A stretch of DNA of 64,000 nt from contig CAJWLU010000007.1 in NCBI GenBank assembly GCA_913043225.1, positions 64,001 through 128,000 of the forward strand, written 5' to 3'. Positions 1-8,542 of the stretch are shown here, one piece after another; the first letter of the stretch is position 1, and every line of letters starts with the position of its first letter. The DNA comes from an uncultured Acidobacteriota bacterium (GTDB lineage: Bacteria; Acidobacteriota; Vicinamibacteria; Vicinamibacterales; UBA8438). The position numbers and the translations under genes were made by a program. Below the pieces are notes generated by a model. It was given only the letters and a program-made list of their open reading frames with translations. It had not been told where the DNA came from and ran no database searches.

Positions 1-675
1 CGTCTGCTGCGCCAGATTGGCGAGACCGACCGCTTCGACTCATCCGACGGCACCAGGGACGGTCGGCCGCTCAACTCCGATCGCGCCCAGTTCTTCCTCC
101 CAGCCGCAATCGACATCCATGAAGAAAGCGGAGAAATCTTCGTGGCCGACGGCGAGCTGCCAGGCGGGAACCAGCGAATCGCCGTACTCGACGGCGACGG
201 CCGGTTCCTGCGGCAGTGGGCGCTTCACCGCGAAGCGGACGATGACACCGCGGCGTTACCTCACTGCCTGCGTGTGTCGACAGATGGACTTGTCTACGTC
301 TGCGATCGTCAGGCCGACCGGATCCAGGTATTCGACCGCATGGGGACCTTCGTCCGGAACATCGACGTACCGTGGACGCCAGTAACCCCGCCCCACTCCG
401 AGCGAACCGGCACCCGCGGGTCGGCTGTGGCACTGGCCTTCTCTCCCGACGCAGACCAGCGCCTACTCTATGTACTGAACCAGAACAGGGTCATGGTTGA
501 CGTGGTCGATCGGCGGAGCGGTGAGGTGGTCTCGAGTTTCGGCGGCGGTCCTGGACGCTATCCCACCCAGTTCACGCTACCGCACGGGATCGGCGTCGAC
601 TCCCAGGGTAACGTCTACGTCGCCGAGCAAGAAGGCCGGCGAATCCAGCGGTTCACGCCAATTTCTTCCCGTTAG
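1..675 (+). CDS. NHL-repeat beta-propeller protein (PAL-like), 5' end outside window
   Basis: Frame open from base 1 (RLLRQIGETD...). NHL-type motifs IFVADGE, LVYVCDRQADRIQVF and FTLPHGIGVDSQGNVYVAE. Confidence 0.75.
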   Translation, partial: RLLRQIGETDRFDSSDGTRDGRPLNSDRAQFFLPAAIDIHEESGEIFVADGELPGGNQRIAVLDGDGRFLRQWALHREADDDTAALPHCLRVSTDGLVYVCDRQADRIQVFDRMGTFVRNIDVPWTPVTPPHSERTGTRGSAVALAFSPDADQRLLYVLNQNRVMVDVVDRRSGEVVSSFGGGPGRYPTQFTLPHGIGVDSQGNVYVAEQEGRRIQRFTPISSR

Positions 676-802
676 TTCCTGTCTGACCAGACGCTCTGTT
701 CGACTCGACCGTGGCCTACCGTCCGCCAGGCCACCCACGGCCGACAAGTGAGCCACGGCAAGGGTCTGTCAATAGCGGACCGCGTGCTACGATCCGACAC
801 GC

Positions 803-2449
803 ATGAACCGTCGGCGTGAGGCAGCGCTCGTCGTGACCTTGGCGCTCGTCACGACCGCCGCCTTAACCTATCCGCTCGCGTTCCGCCTGGGCCACGGTGG
901 ACGTGTCGACTCATGGGACGGGCTCTTCAGCATCTGGAACATCGCCTGGGTGGCCCGCACCGTGGTCGCCGAACCGTCTAGCCTGTTCCACGCCAACATC
1001 TTTCACCCCCATACGTATACGCTCGCCTTCTCGGAGGCGAATCTAGTCGCCGGGGTGCTGGCAGCGCCCGCCTACTGGCTGACAGGCAACATCTACGCAG
1101 CGCACAATTCGGCGGTCCTAATCTCGTTCGTGCTGGCGTTCGTCGGCGCCTATCTCCTAGTTCGGCACCTCACCGGGAACCTCGCGGCGGCGCTGGTCGC
1201 CGCGGTCCTGTTTGCCTTCTGTCCGTTCATCTTCGCCCGGAGTGCGCACATCCAGCTGTTGATGACCGCCGGGCTTCCGTTCTCGATGCTGGGCTTCCAC
1301 CGCCTCGTCGAGCAACCTGGCATCCGGCGCGGCGCCGAGCTTGGACTGCTGCTGACCATCACGGCGCTGGCCTGCGGCTATTACGGGCTGTTCGCTGGTC
1401 TCATGGTCGGCGTCGGCATCCTGTTCTACGCCACCACCGAACGGATGTGGCGATCGGTCGAGTTCTGGAGCGGCATCGGGACGGCGGTCGTGGTGGGCGC
1501 CCTCGTCACCGGCGTGTTCTTTCTCCCCTATATGGCCATCGGCGAGATCCACGGCTCCATCGCGCGCACGCTCGACGAAGCGCGCGTGTACTCAGCGGAC
1601 ACCGGGGCCTGGCTGGCCTCACCCGCCAGAGCCCACGGGTGGCTCCTCGCACGACTGGATGGCTGGTCCGAGGTCCTCTTCCCAGGATTTCTGCTCACCG
1701 CGCTGGCCGCAGGCGGCCTGGCCACGGCGCTGCGCTCGACGTTCGCCAGCGAGGCCCGGGGAGCACAGACGCGGGCTATCAGGCACGCCGCCTGGCTCTA
1801 CACGATCATCGGAGTACTCGCCGCCTGGGCCTCATTCGGACCGAATGCCGGGTTCTACACGCTGCTCTTCGAGACCATCCCTGGCTTCGGTATGCTCCGA
1901 GCCCCGGCACGCCTCGGCATCGTGGTGTCACTCTGCCTGGCGGTCGCCGCCGGCGTCGCGGTGACCCGATTGACCGCCGGCCGGCATGGGCACTGGATCG
2001 CAACCGCTCTGGTACTCGTAGGGTTGGCCGAGCTCGCCCCGGTCGCCTACCCCCACTACGAGGCTCCTCGGTTCCCTGGTGCCTATCGCATTCTGAGCAA
2101 GCTCGAGCCAGGCCCGGTAGCGGAGTTTCCGTATTACAACAACCGGTGGGACTTCCCGCGGCACTCGTACTACCTGGTCGGCTCCACTTCACACTGGCTG
2201 CCACTGGTCAACGGCTACTCTGACTTGATCCCGCAGGATTTCCGCGCCGAGGTCGACGAGCTAGCCCAGTTCCCGACCAACGCCGGCCTATCGTTGCTAG
2301 CGGCCCGAGACACGCGCTACGTCGTCTTCCACCGCGAGCTGTACGACGACGCCACCTGGAGGGAGATCGAGTTGCGGATTGCCGGTTTCAGACAGCTCCT
2401 GCCGATCTTCTGGGACGACGACGCATGGCTGTACGCCATCACGGAGTAG
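803..2449 (+). CDS. Multi-TM GT-C-like (YfhO-like) membrane glycosyltransferase
   Basis: About 12 hydrophobic segments, acidic first loop (VDSWDG, AFSE), RAPAR motif and a soluble C-terminal domain (LVNGYS). Confidence 0.6.
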   Translation: MNRRREAALVVTLALVTTAALTYPLAFRLGHGGRVDSWDGLFSIWNIAWVARTVVAEPSSLFHANIFHPHTYTLAFSEANLVAGVLAAPAYWLTGNIYAAHNSAVLISFVLAFVGAYLLVRHLTGNLAAALVAAVLFAFCPFIFARSAHIQLLMTAGLPFSMLGFHRLVEQPGIRRGAELGLLLTITALACGYYGLFAGLMVGVGILFYATTERMWRSVEFWSGIGTAVVVGALVTGVFFLPYMAIGEIHGSIARTLDEARVYSADTGAWLASPARAHGWLLARLDGWSEVLFPGFLLTALAAGGLATALRSTFASEARGAQTRAIRHAAWLYTIIGVLAAWASFGPNAGFYTLLFETIPGFGMLRAPARLGIVVSLCLAVAAGVAVTRLTAGRHGHWIATALVLVGLAELAPVAYPHYEAPRFPGAYRILSKLEPGPVAEFPYYNNRWDFPRHSYYLVGSTSHWLPLVNGYSDLIPQDFRAEVDELAQFPTNAGLSLLAARDTRYVVFHRELYDDATWREIELRIAGFRQLLPIFWDDDAWLYAITE

Positions 2450-2501
2450 ACGTCATCCGGTACGCCAACGCTCGACGCAATGTGGTACGGTTGACGGCTT
2501 T

Positions 2502-3257
2502 ATGAACACCATGGGGGCCACGCTGGGCGGTCTGTCGATCTTCTTTCCCGCGTACAACGACGCCGGCACGATCCCTAGCATGGTACTGGGGGCCGTGCTC
2601 GCTGCGCGACGGATCACCGACGACTTCGAAGTCATCGTGGTAAACGACGGCAGCCAGGACGCCACCGGGGCAATACTGGCCGAGCTGACCACGATGTGCC
2701 CCGCGTTGCGCGTAGTGGAGCACCCGCAGAACAGAGGTTACGGCGCCGCCCTCCGCACCGGATTCGCCTCGGCGACCAAGGAATTCGTCTTCTATACCGA
2801 CGGGGATGCTCAGTACGACCCACAGGAACTCGATCGGCTCTGGGCAAAGATGCAGCCGGGGGTGGACCTGGTCAACGGGTACAAGATCAGCCGGTCGGAT
2901 CCATTCCATCGGATCGTCGTCGGCCGGCTCTATCACCACACGGTTAAGCTGCTTTTCGGGCTACAGGTTCGGGACGTCGACTGTGACTTCCGGCTGATGC
3001 GCCGCGCAATCTTCGAACGCGTTTACCTCGAGAAAAGCAGCGGCGTGATCTGCCTCGAGCTGATGAAGAAGGTTCAGGACGCCGGCTTCAAGATCACCGA
3101 GGCCCCGGTGCACCATTTCCATCGCGCCTACGGCAAGTCACAGTTCTTCAACATTCGCCGGATCGGGCGCACGCTAGGTGACATCGTGAAGCTGTGGTTC
3201 GTGTTGGTATGGCGCCGCGACCGATCCTGGGCAGACCGGCCATCGTCGCCCGGGTAG
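2502..3257 (+). CDS. GT2 polyprenol-phosphate glycosyltransferase (DPM1/ArnC-like)
   Basis: Motifs FFPAYND, VNDGSQD, NRGYGAA, TDGDAQYD, DVDCDFRL. Start at ATG 2502 or 2511. Confidence 0.85.
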   Translation: MNTMGATLGGLSIFFPAYNDAGTIPSMVLGAVLAARRITDDFEVIVVNDGSQDATGAILAELTTMCPALRVVEHPQNRGYGAALRTGFASATKEFVFYTDGDAQYDPQELDRLWAKMQPGVDLVNGYKISRSDPFHRIVVGRLYHHTVKLLFGLQVRDVDCDFRLMRRAIFERVYLEKSSGVICLELMKKVQDAGFKITEAPVHHFHRAYGKSQFFNIRRIGRTLGDIVKLWFVLVWRRDRSWADRPSSPG

Positions 3258-3259
3258 AC

Positions 3260-4057
3260 CTACGAGGGACGCCTGGCGAGAGCCAACAGCGAGCTACCAC
3301 ACGGCAGGTCGACACGGCGCACCACGGCGGCTTCGATGGCCAGCAGCCGGTCGCAGACGAAGTTCACCAGCTTGGGCGGCACGGAAATTTCGTCGCCAGC
3401 CTCCTCCTCAAGCGCCAGCCCCATCATCCGGTGAACCAGACGCAACGGCAGCAAGATCGGAAGGATCGTCGCATTCGTATAGGTGAGCCGCTCGATGACG
3501 AACCCGCCGTCCTCAAGCAGCCTCCGGAGCCCGGACGCGTTGTAGCGCCGGAGCTCGTGCGCCAGCACCGAGTGATTTCCGGTTAGTATCGGCATCGCCG
3601 CCACGTTGACGACGGCGCGGCCGCCCGGGCGCAGCACCCGGTGCATCTCTGAGACAGCCGCCTGTTCGACCGGCGTCTCGAGGCAGTAGAGTACGTCGAA
3701 CGAGGTCACCAGATCGAACCGAGCATCGGCAAACGGCAGCGCATCCACGGTGCCCTGCCCGACACGCCGGCCATCGAACATGGCGCGCTTGACGCCCGTC
3801 CACTCCCGGTCGACCCCATAGGCGTCGCCGAACCCGGCCAGCATGGCCAGGTTCGCTCCGGTGCCGCAGCCGCAGTCGAGAATCTGCGGACGCGCACAGC
3901 CAGCCAGGGCCTCGGCCAACAGCGGACGTACGAAGCGCCGGAAGCCGCGGAACCAGAAATGGCGGTACTCGGCTAGCGCCGTGGCGTCGAGCAAACGGGC
4001 GAGTGAGGGTGAATCGGAGGCATCCGGAGGCGGAGATGAGGTGGCAGACGACACCAT
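3260..4057 (-). CDS. Class I SAM-dependent methyltransferase
   Basis: Motifs ILDCGCGTG, LPFADARFDLV, RVLRPGG and HFWFRG, a type often found in glycosylation clusters. Start uncertain (ATG 4057/4060 or a later TTG). Confidence 0.85.
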   Translation of the reverse strand: MVSSATSSPPPDASDSPSLARLLDATALAEYRHFWFRGFRRFVRPLLAEALAGCARPQILDCGCGTGANLAMLAGFGDAYGVDREWTGVKRAMFDGRRVGQGTVDALPFADARFDLVTSFDVLYCLETPVEQAAVSEMHRVLRPGGRAVVNVAAMPILTGNHSVLAHELRRYNASGLRRLLEDGGFVIERLTYTNATILPILLPLRLVHRMMGLALEEEAGDEISVPPKLVNFVCDRLLAIEAAVVRRVDLPCGSSLLALARRPS

Positions 4058-4058
4058 C

Positions 4059-5075
4059 ATGAGCAACAAGAACGAGTCATTCTACAGGAATCGGCGGGTA
4101 CTCATTACCGGCGGCCTGGGTTTCATCGGCAGCAATCTGGCGATCCGCCTGGCCAATAATGGGGCCGACGTGCTGCTGGTCGATTCCCTCGAACCGGAGT
4201 ACGGCGGCAACCTCTTCAACATCGCCTCGGTGCGGGACCGCGTACAGGTCAACATCTCCGATGTGCGCGATGCCAGCTCTATGAAGTATCTGGTCCAGGG
4301 GCGAGAGGTGATCTTCAACCTGGCGGGCCAGGTGAGCCATATCGACAGCATGCGGGACCCCTATACGGATCTCGAGATCAACTGTCGGAGCCAGCTCTCG
4401 ATCCTGGAAGCCTGTCGACACCACAACCCGGACGTAAAGGTCGTATTCGCCAGCACCCGTCAGATCTACGGCAAACCTGACCATCTCCCGGTCAGCGAGC
4501 AACACCTCGTACGCCCGATCGACGTCAACGGCATCAACAAGGCGGCCGGCGAGTACTACCACCTCGTCTACAACAACGTCTTCGGAGTCCGCTCCTGCGC
4601 GTTGCGACTGACCAACGTGTACGGTCCACGCCAGCTCATCAAGCACAATCGGCAGGGCTTCATCGGCTGGTTCATCCGGTTGGCCGTGGAAGACGGGACC
4701 ATTCAGATCTACGGCAACGGGTCGCAGCGGCGTGATTTCGTCTACGTGGACGACGTGGTCGAAGCACTGCTCCTGGCGGGCGCCACCGATAGCTGCAACG
4801 GCGAGGTGTTCAACGTCGGAGGGCACGGCCCGGTATCGCTAGCCGACCTGGCCGAGCTGCTGGTCGAGGTGGCGGGCACGGGCGCGGTACGCTACATCGA
4901 CTGGCCCGAAGAACGACGAGCCATCGATGTCGGCGACTTCTATTCCGATTCCAGGAAGTTCGAGCAGGCAGTCGGCTGGCACGGCGACGTAGACCTACGG
5001 ACCGGACTCGACCGCACCGTGAGATTCTATCGGGAACACCTCAACCACTATCTCGATGGGGACACCGTCTCATGA
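4059..5075 (+). CDS. NAD-dependent NDP-sugar epimerase/dehydratase
   Basis: TGGLGFIG Rossmann motif, NLAGQ, RLTNVYGP, RDFVYVDD. The usual YxxxK appears as NGINK. Confidence 0.85.
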   Translation: MSNKNESFYRNRRVLITGGLGFIGSNLAIRLANNGADVLLVDSLEPEYGGNLFNIASVRDRVQVNISDVRDASSMKYLVQGREVIFNLAGQVSHIDSMRDPYTDLEINCRSQLSILEACRHHNPDVKVVFASTRQIYGKPDHLPVSEQHLVRPIDVNGINKAAGEYYHLVYNNVFGVRSCALRLTNVYGPRQLIKHNRQGFIGWFIRLAVEDGTIQIYGNGSQRRDFVYVDDVVEALLLAGATDSCNGEVFNVGGHGPVSLADLAELLVEVAGTGAVRYIDWPEERRAIDVGDFYSDSRKFEQAVGWHGDVDLRTGLDRTVRFYREHLNHYLDGDTVS

Positions 5076-6154
5076 GCCGGGTCGCGTGGACCCAACTCCG
5101 ACCGGCCGAAGACGCCGAAGCAGTCAGGGAGGCGATCGACCGGGTCCTCGACCGTGGCTGGTTCGTGCTGGGCCCCGAGGTGGAAGCCTTCGAGAGCGAG
5201 TTCAGTGCCGCCACCGGCAATACGCACACCGTGGGCGTTGCCTCGGGCACCGACGCCCTGATCCTGGCCCTGCGCGGACTCGGCATCGGCCCTGGCGACG
5301 AGGTCATCACCACTGCGCTCTCGGCAGTCTATACGGCGCAGGCCATCATGATGACCGGGGCCCGGCCAGTGTTCGCCGATCTGGACCGGGAGCGGTTGAC
5401 TCTGGACCCCAAGATTGTCGCCAGCCTGATCGGTCCCCGGACGGCTGCAATTCTGCCGGTCCATCTCTACGGCCAGCCGGCGGACATGCCGGCGCTGGCG
5501 GGGCTCGCCGACCAACATGGCCTGGCACTAGTCGAGGACTGCGCACAGGCGCATATGGCCGAATGCGCCGGACGTCCGGTCGGCAGCTTCGGCATCGCCG
5601 CCGCCTACAGCTTCTACCCCACCAAGAACCTCGGCGCACTGGGCGACGGCGGCGCGGTGACCACCCGCGACCAGGCCCTGGCCAAACGGGTGCGGCAGCT
5701 ACGAGTCGGCGGTCAATCGGCGCTCGACCTCCACACCGAGGCCTCGCCTCACTCGCGTCTCGATGAGCTGCAGGCCTCGATTCTGCGCGCGCGGCTGCCG
5801 TTTCTCTCTGAATGGACCACACGTCGCCGCGCGCTCGGGCAGCGCTATCGAGACGGCCTGGCCGGCGCCGACCTTCAGATTCCGCCCCGGCTCGACGCCG
5901 GACACGTCTATCACTTGTTTCCAGTGCGGTCGGCCCGTCGTGACGAACTCAGGGCACACCTCAATGCCGCCGAGATTGACACGCTCGTGCACTACGCTGT
6001 CCCAATGCCAGCACAGGCGGCGTTTGCGGCGACGGCACCAGCCCCCTGCCCCATTGCCGACCAGGTGTGCGGTGAACTGGTGTCGCTGCCGCTCTACCCG
6101 GCGCTCAGTGACTCGGCTGTCGACCGGATCGTCGATATCCTCAGGGGGTGGTAG
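5072..6154 (+). CDS. DegT/DnrJ/EryC1/StrS PLP-dependent sugar aminotransferase
   Basis: Motifs SGTDAL, PVHLYG, EDCAQAH, SFYPTKNLGALGDGG and SRLDELQA. ATGA overlap with the upstream gene. Confidence 0.92.
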   Translation: MSRVAWTQLRPAEDAEAVREAIDRVLDRGWFVLGPEVEAFESEFSAATGNTHTVGVASGTDALILALRGLGIGPGDEVITTALSAVYTAQAIMMTGARPVFADLDRERLTLDPKIVASLIGPRTAAILPVHLYGQPADMPALAGLADQHGLALVEDCAQAHMAECAGRPVGSFGIAAAYSFYPTKNLGALGDGGAVTTRDQALAKRVRQLRVGGQSALDLHTEASPHSRLDELQASILRARLPFLSEWTTRRRALGQRYRDGLAGADLQIPPRLDAGHVYHLFPVRSARRDELRAHLNAAEIDTLVHYAVPMPAQAAFAATAPAPCPIADQVCGELVSLPLYPALSDSAVDRIVDILRGW

Positions 6155-6920
6155 CCTCGTCGCGATCCTGACCGAGGTCGGTCGCCGGTCGGCGCACAAT
6201 CACGACGGGCGGCCCGCCCCGCCCCTCAATGGCAGTCGCCACCAGGTGCCCCGTGCCCAGCCGCCCCAGTGTGAACTGCCAGCGTGCCGGATCGTCACGC
6301 AGTGCTGGTTCGGTGTGCAATCGAATGGGGGACCTTATCTCATCCGGCAGATCGAAGGTAAATGCCGCAAGCGGAATGGCGAGGCCCAGTCCTCGGGCCT
6401 TGATGTACGACTCCTTGAGTGTCCAGAACTGCAGGAAACGATCTGGTTGCGCCGATGCGCGGGTCGCCCGCAGCGTCGCCGCCTCCCGCGGCGAGAAGTA
6501 GCGCTCGGCCACGTCAAGGCCACGGTGCGTGCGCGAGGTCGACTCGACATCCACCCCGACCTCGCGATCGCAGCTGACCAGACAGACCACCAGACCGTCG
6601 GTATGGGACAGGTTGAACCGGAGGGACGCACACGGCGACTCGATCTCCGGTCGGCCGTAGGCATTGGCCCGAAAGTGCCAGCGTTCTGGCGGCACATCCA
6701 CGTACCGGGACAGCGTCGTCCGCACCAGCATCCGCGTAACGAGACAGCGCCGCCGATCGGCGGCGCGTCGGAACCGGCTAACCCGTTCGAGCTCGGCCTC
6801 GGTCAGCAGGGCTCGTCCCTTGTCCAACCGTGCCTGATTAACGTCCTCGGGGCGCACCCACCAGAGATGCGCCTCCCCCTCGTCGAGCCCACGGACCGGT
6901 CCAGCGTCACCCCCGCTCAT
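6141..6920 (-). CDS. Sfp-type 4'-phosphopantetheinyl transferase
   Basis: Motifs YGRP, FNLSHT, VGVDVE and FWTLKESYIKARGLGL. Confidence 0.92.
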   Translation of the reverse strand: MSGGDAGPVRGLDEGEAHLWWVRPEDVNQARLDKGRALLTEAELERVSRFRRAADRRRCLVTRMLVRTTLSRYVDVPPERWHFRANAYGRPEIESPCASLRFNLSHTDGLVVCLVSCDREVGVDVESTSRTHRGLDVAERYFSPREAATLRATRASAQPDRFLQFWTLKESYIKARGLGLAIPLAAFTFDLPDEIRSPIRLHTEPALRDDPARWQFTLGRLGTGHLVATAIEGRGGPPVVIVRRPATDLGQDRDEATTP

Positions 6921-6928
6921 TACACACT

Positions 6929-7777
6929 CTAGCGATAATGTACCGGACCACCACGGTCGCTCGTGCGGACCGGCCCAGGCAGTATCTCGCGCAAGTAGTG
7001 GTCGATGCCACGCTCCTGATGCCAGTGACGAGGATAGCCCAGCGAGACCTCCTCGAACCTGACCCCGTCGATCCAGTCCGTGGTCCTGACGTGCAGATGC
7101 CCCGACACCACCACACGCGCACGAAAACGCGTATGCCAGTCCTCGGTGAGTCGGGTGCCGCACCAGACGACGAATCGACGAATGCGACCGACCCGGACCA
7201 ACTCGCGACGCAGCTGGAAGTGGTTCACCAGGATCAGCGGATACTGCGCAGCGGCTTCCGCGAGTCTGGTCTTAGTTGCCGCGACACGGGCGTGACACCA
7301 CGCCGCCCTTGTCAGGTAGGGCTCGGGCGACAGGTAGCGCTCGTCGGCGCACCGGATACCGTCCTCGGCGGCCCAGGCCACGGCCTCGTCCGGGGACACA
7401 TGGTCCGGTCCGAAGGTGTAGTCGTAGAGCAAGAAGAGCGGCGCGATGATCGCGGGCGAGCCTCCGGGCCAGACCACATAGGGATCTTCCGGCGTGACCA
7501 CTCCGAGACGCCGACAGAGCGCGACCACCGCATCGTAACGGGCCACTCCTCTCAGCGTGTCGCGCCCGTCGCTCCACAGCTCGTGGTTACCGGGCACCCA
7601 GAACACCCGCGCAAACCGCTCTGTCGCGGCGCGCAGACCAAGCTCGATCCGCTCGAGCGAGCCGCCGACATCGCCGGCGAGGATCAACCAGTCATTTGGA
7701 CGGGCCGCCCAGATCTCGAGCGCTTTCCGGTTGAGCGGGTGGCTCAGATGGAGATCCGCGATAGCAAAGAGCTTCAC
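6929..7777 (-). CDS. Metallophosphoesterase resembling mycobacterial phosphopantetheinyl hydrolase PptH (Rv2795c)
   Basis: Calcineurin-like motifs DLH, GD, GNHE, NH and GHLH, plus family-specific blocks PLFLLYDY, LSPEPY.TR.AWCH.RV, WCGT..T.DWH.R and DGVRFEEVSLGYPR.W. Confidence 0.8.
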   Translation of the reverse strand: MKLFAIADLHLSHPLNRKALEIWAARPNDWLILAGDVGGSLERIELGLRAATERFARVFWVPGNHELWSDGRDTLRGVARYDAVVALCRRLGVVTPEDPYVVWPGGSPAIIAPLFLLYDYTFGPDHVSPDEAVAWAAEDGIRCADERYLSPEPYLTRAAWCHARVAATKTRLAEAAAQYPLILVNHFQLRRELVRVGRIRRFVVWCGTRLTEDWHTRFRARVVVSGHLHVRTTDWIDGVRFEEVSLGYPRHWHQERGIDHYLREILPGPVRTSDRGGPVHYR

Positions 7778-7990
7778 GTTTTCGCCCCCAGGACTCGCGG
7801 CTCGCGCGTCATGAATGGCAGAGTCTGGCGCCGGAATCGGCGAGATGGTAGATGGCGCAGTCGACGTCGCCGCACGGGACCGACGCAGTCAGCACTGTCC
7901 TCACGGCCACTGTCCTGCAGGGACCGTCGTCTATACTCTGAGGCTAGCGCTTAGACGATTAGCTTACCCCGACAAAGAAAGGCGTACGAC

Positions 7991-8305
7991 ATGGCAACCT
8001 ATTTCGTCCGTTGGCAAGCGAATCCTGGTAACTGGCCCACCGACCCGAAGGAGGTTCTGGCGGCGTGGGAGGCTGCCTGCGCAGGAGGGGACAGGGCGCT
8101 CGCTGACGGTTCCTTCAAGGAGATTCGCTGGTTCAGCCCGATATCGGGCTATTGCATCGTGGAACGCGACACCAAAGCTGAAGCCATGGCAACAGTCGCT
8201 CCGTTCTTCCCCTATTTCTCGCAGACGGTCGAGGAAACAGCGCCGTGGGAAGAGGGTCGGGACGCTCAGCTCGCAGCCGTCCGCGCGTCAGCGAACGCCG
8301 GATAG
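7991..8305 (+). CDS. Small hypothetical protein (DUF3303/GYD-like dimeric barrel)
   Basis: Natural composition, AGAAAGG RBS-like sequence upstream, pattern GYCIVE...PFFPY. Confidence 0.55.
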   Translation: MATYFVRWQANPGNWPTDPKEVLAAWEAACAGGDRALADGSFKEIRWFSPISGYCIVERDTKAEAMATVAPFFPYFSQTVEETAPWEEGRDAQLAAVRASANAG

Positions 8306-8542
8306 GCGCACGGCACAGCCGCGCCCTACGTGCCGAACTCATCCCGTCGGCGCTGAGGGCGCGGCTCTCCGGTCTCGATGGTGCGATGCTGCCGCTCGGC
8401 CGCTTCGAGCGCCCTTCCTCGGTGAGGTAGGCGGCTAGATCCGCTATCATGTGCTGCTGCATCAGGTCGTCCGGCAACGTCCCGGCTCGACTCCGGGTCG
8501 CGGAAGCTCTTGCTCGACGACAGGACCGATGAGGAACGATTC

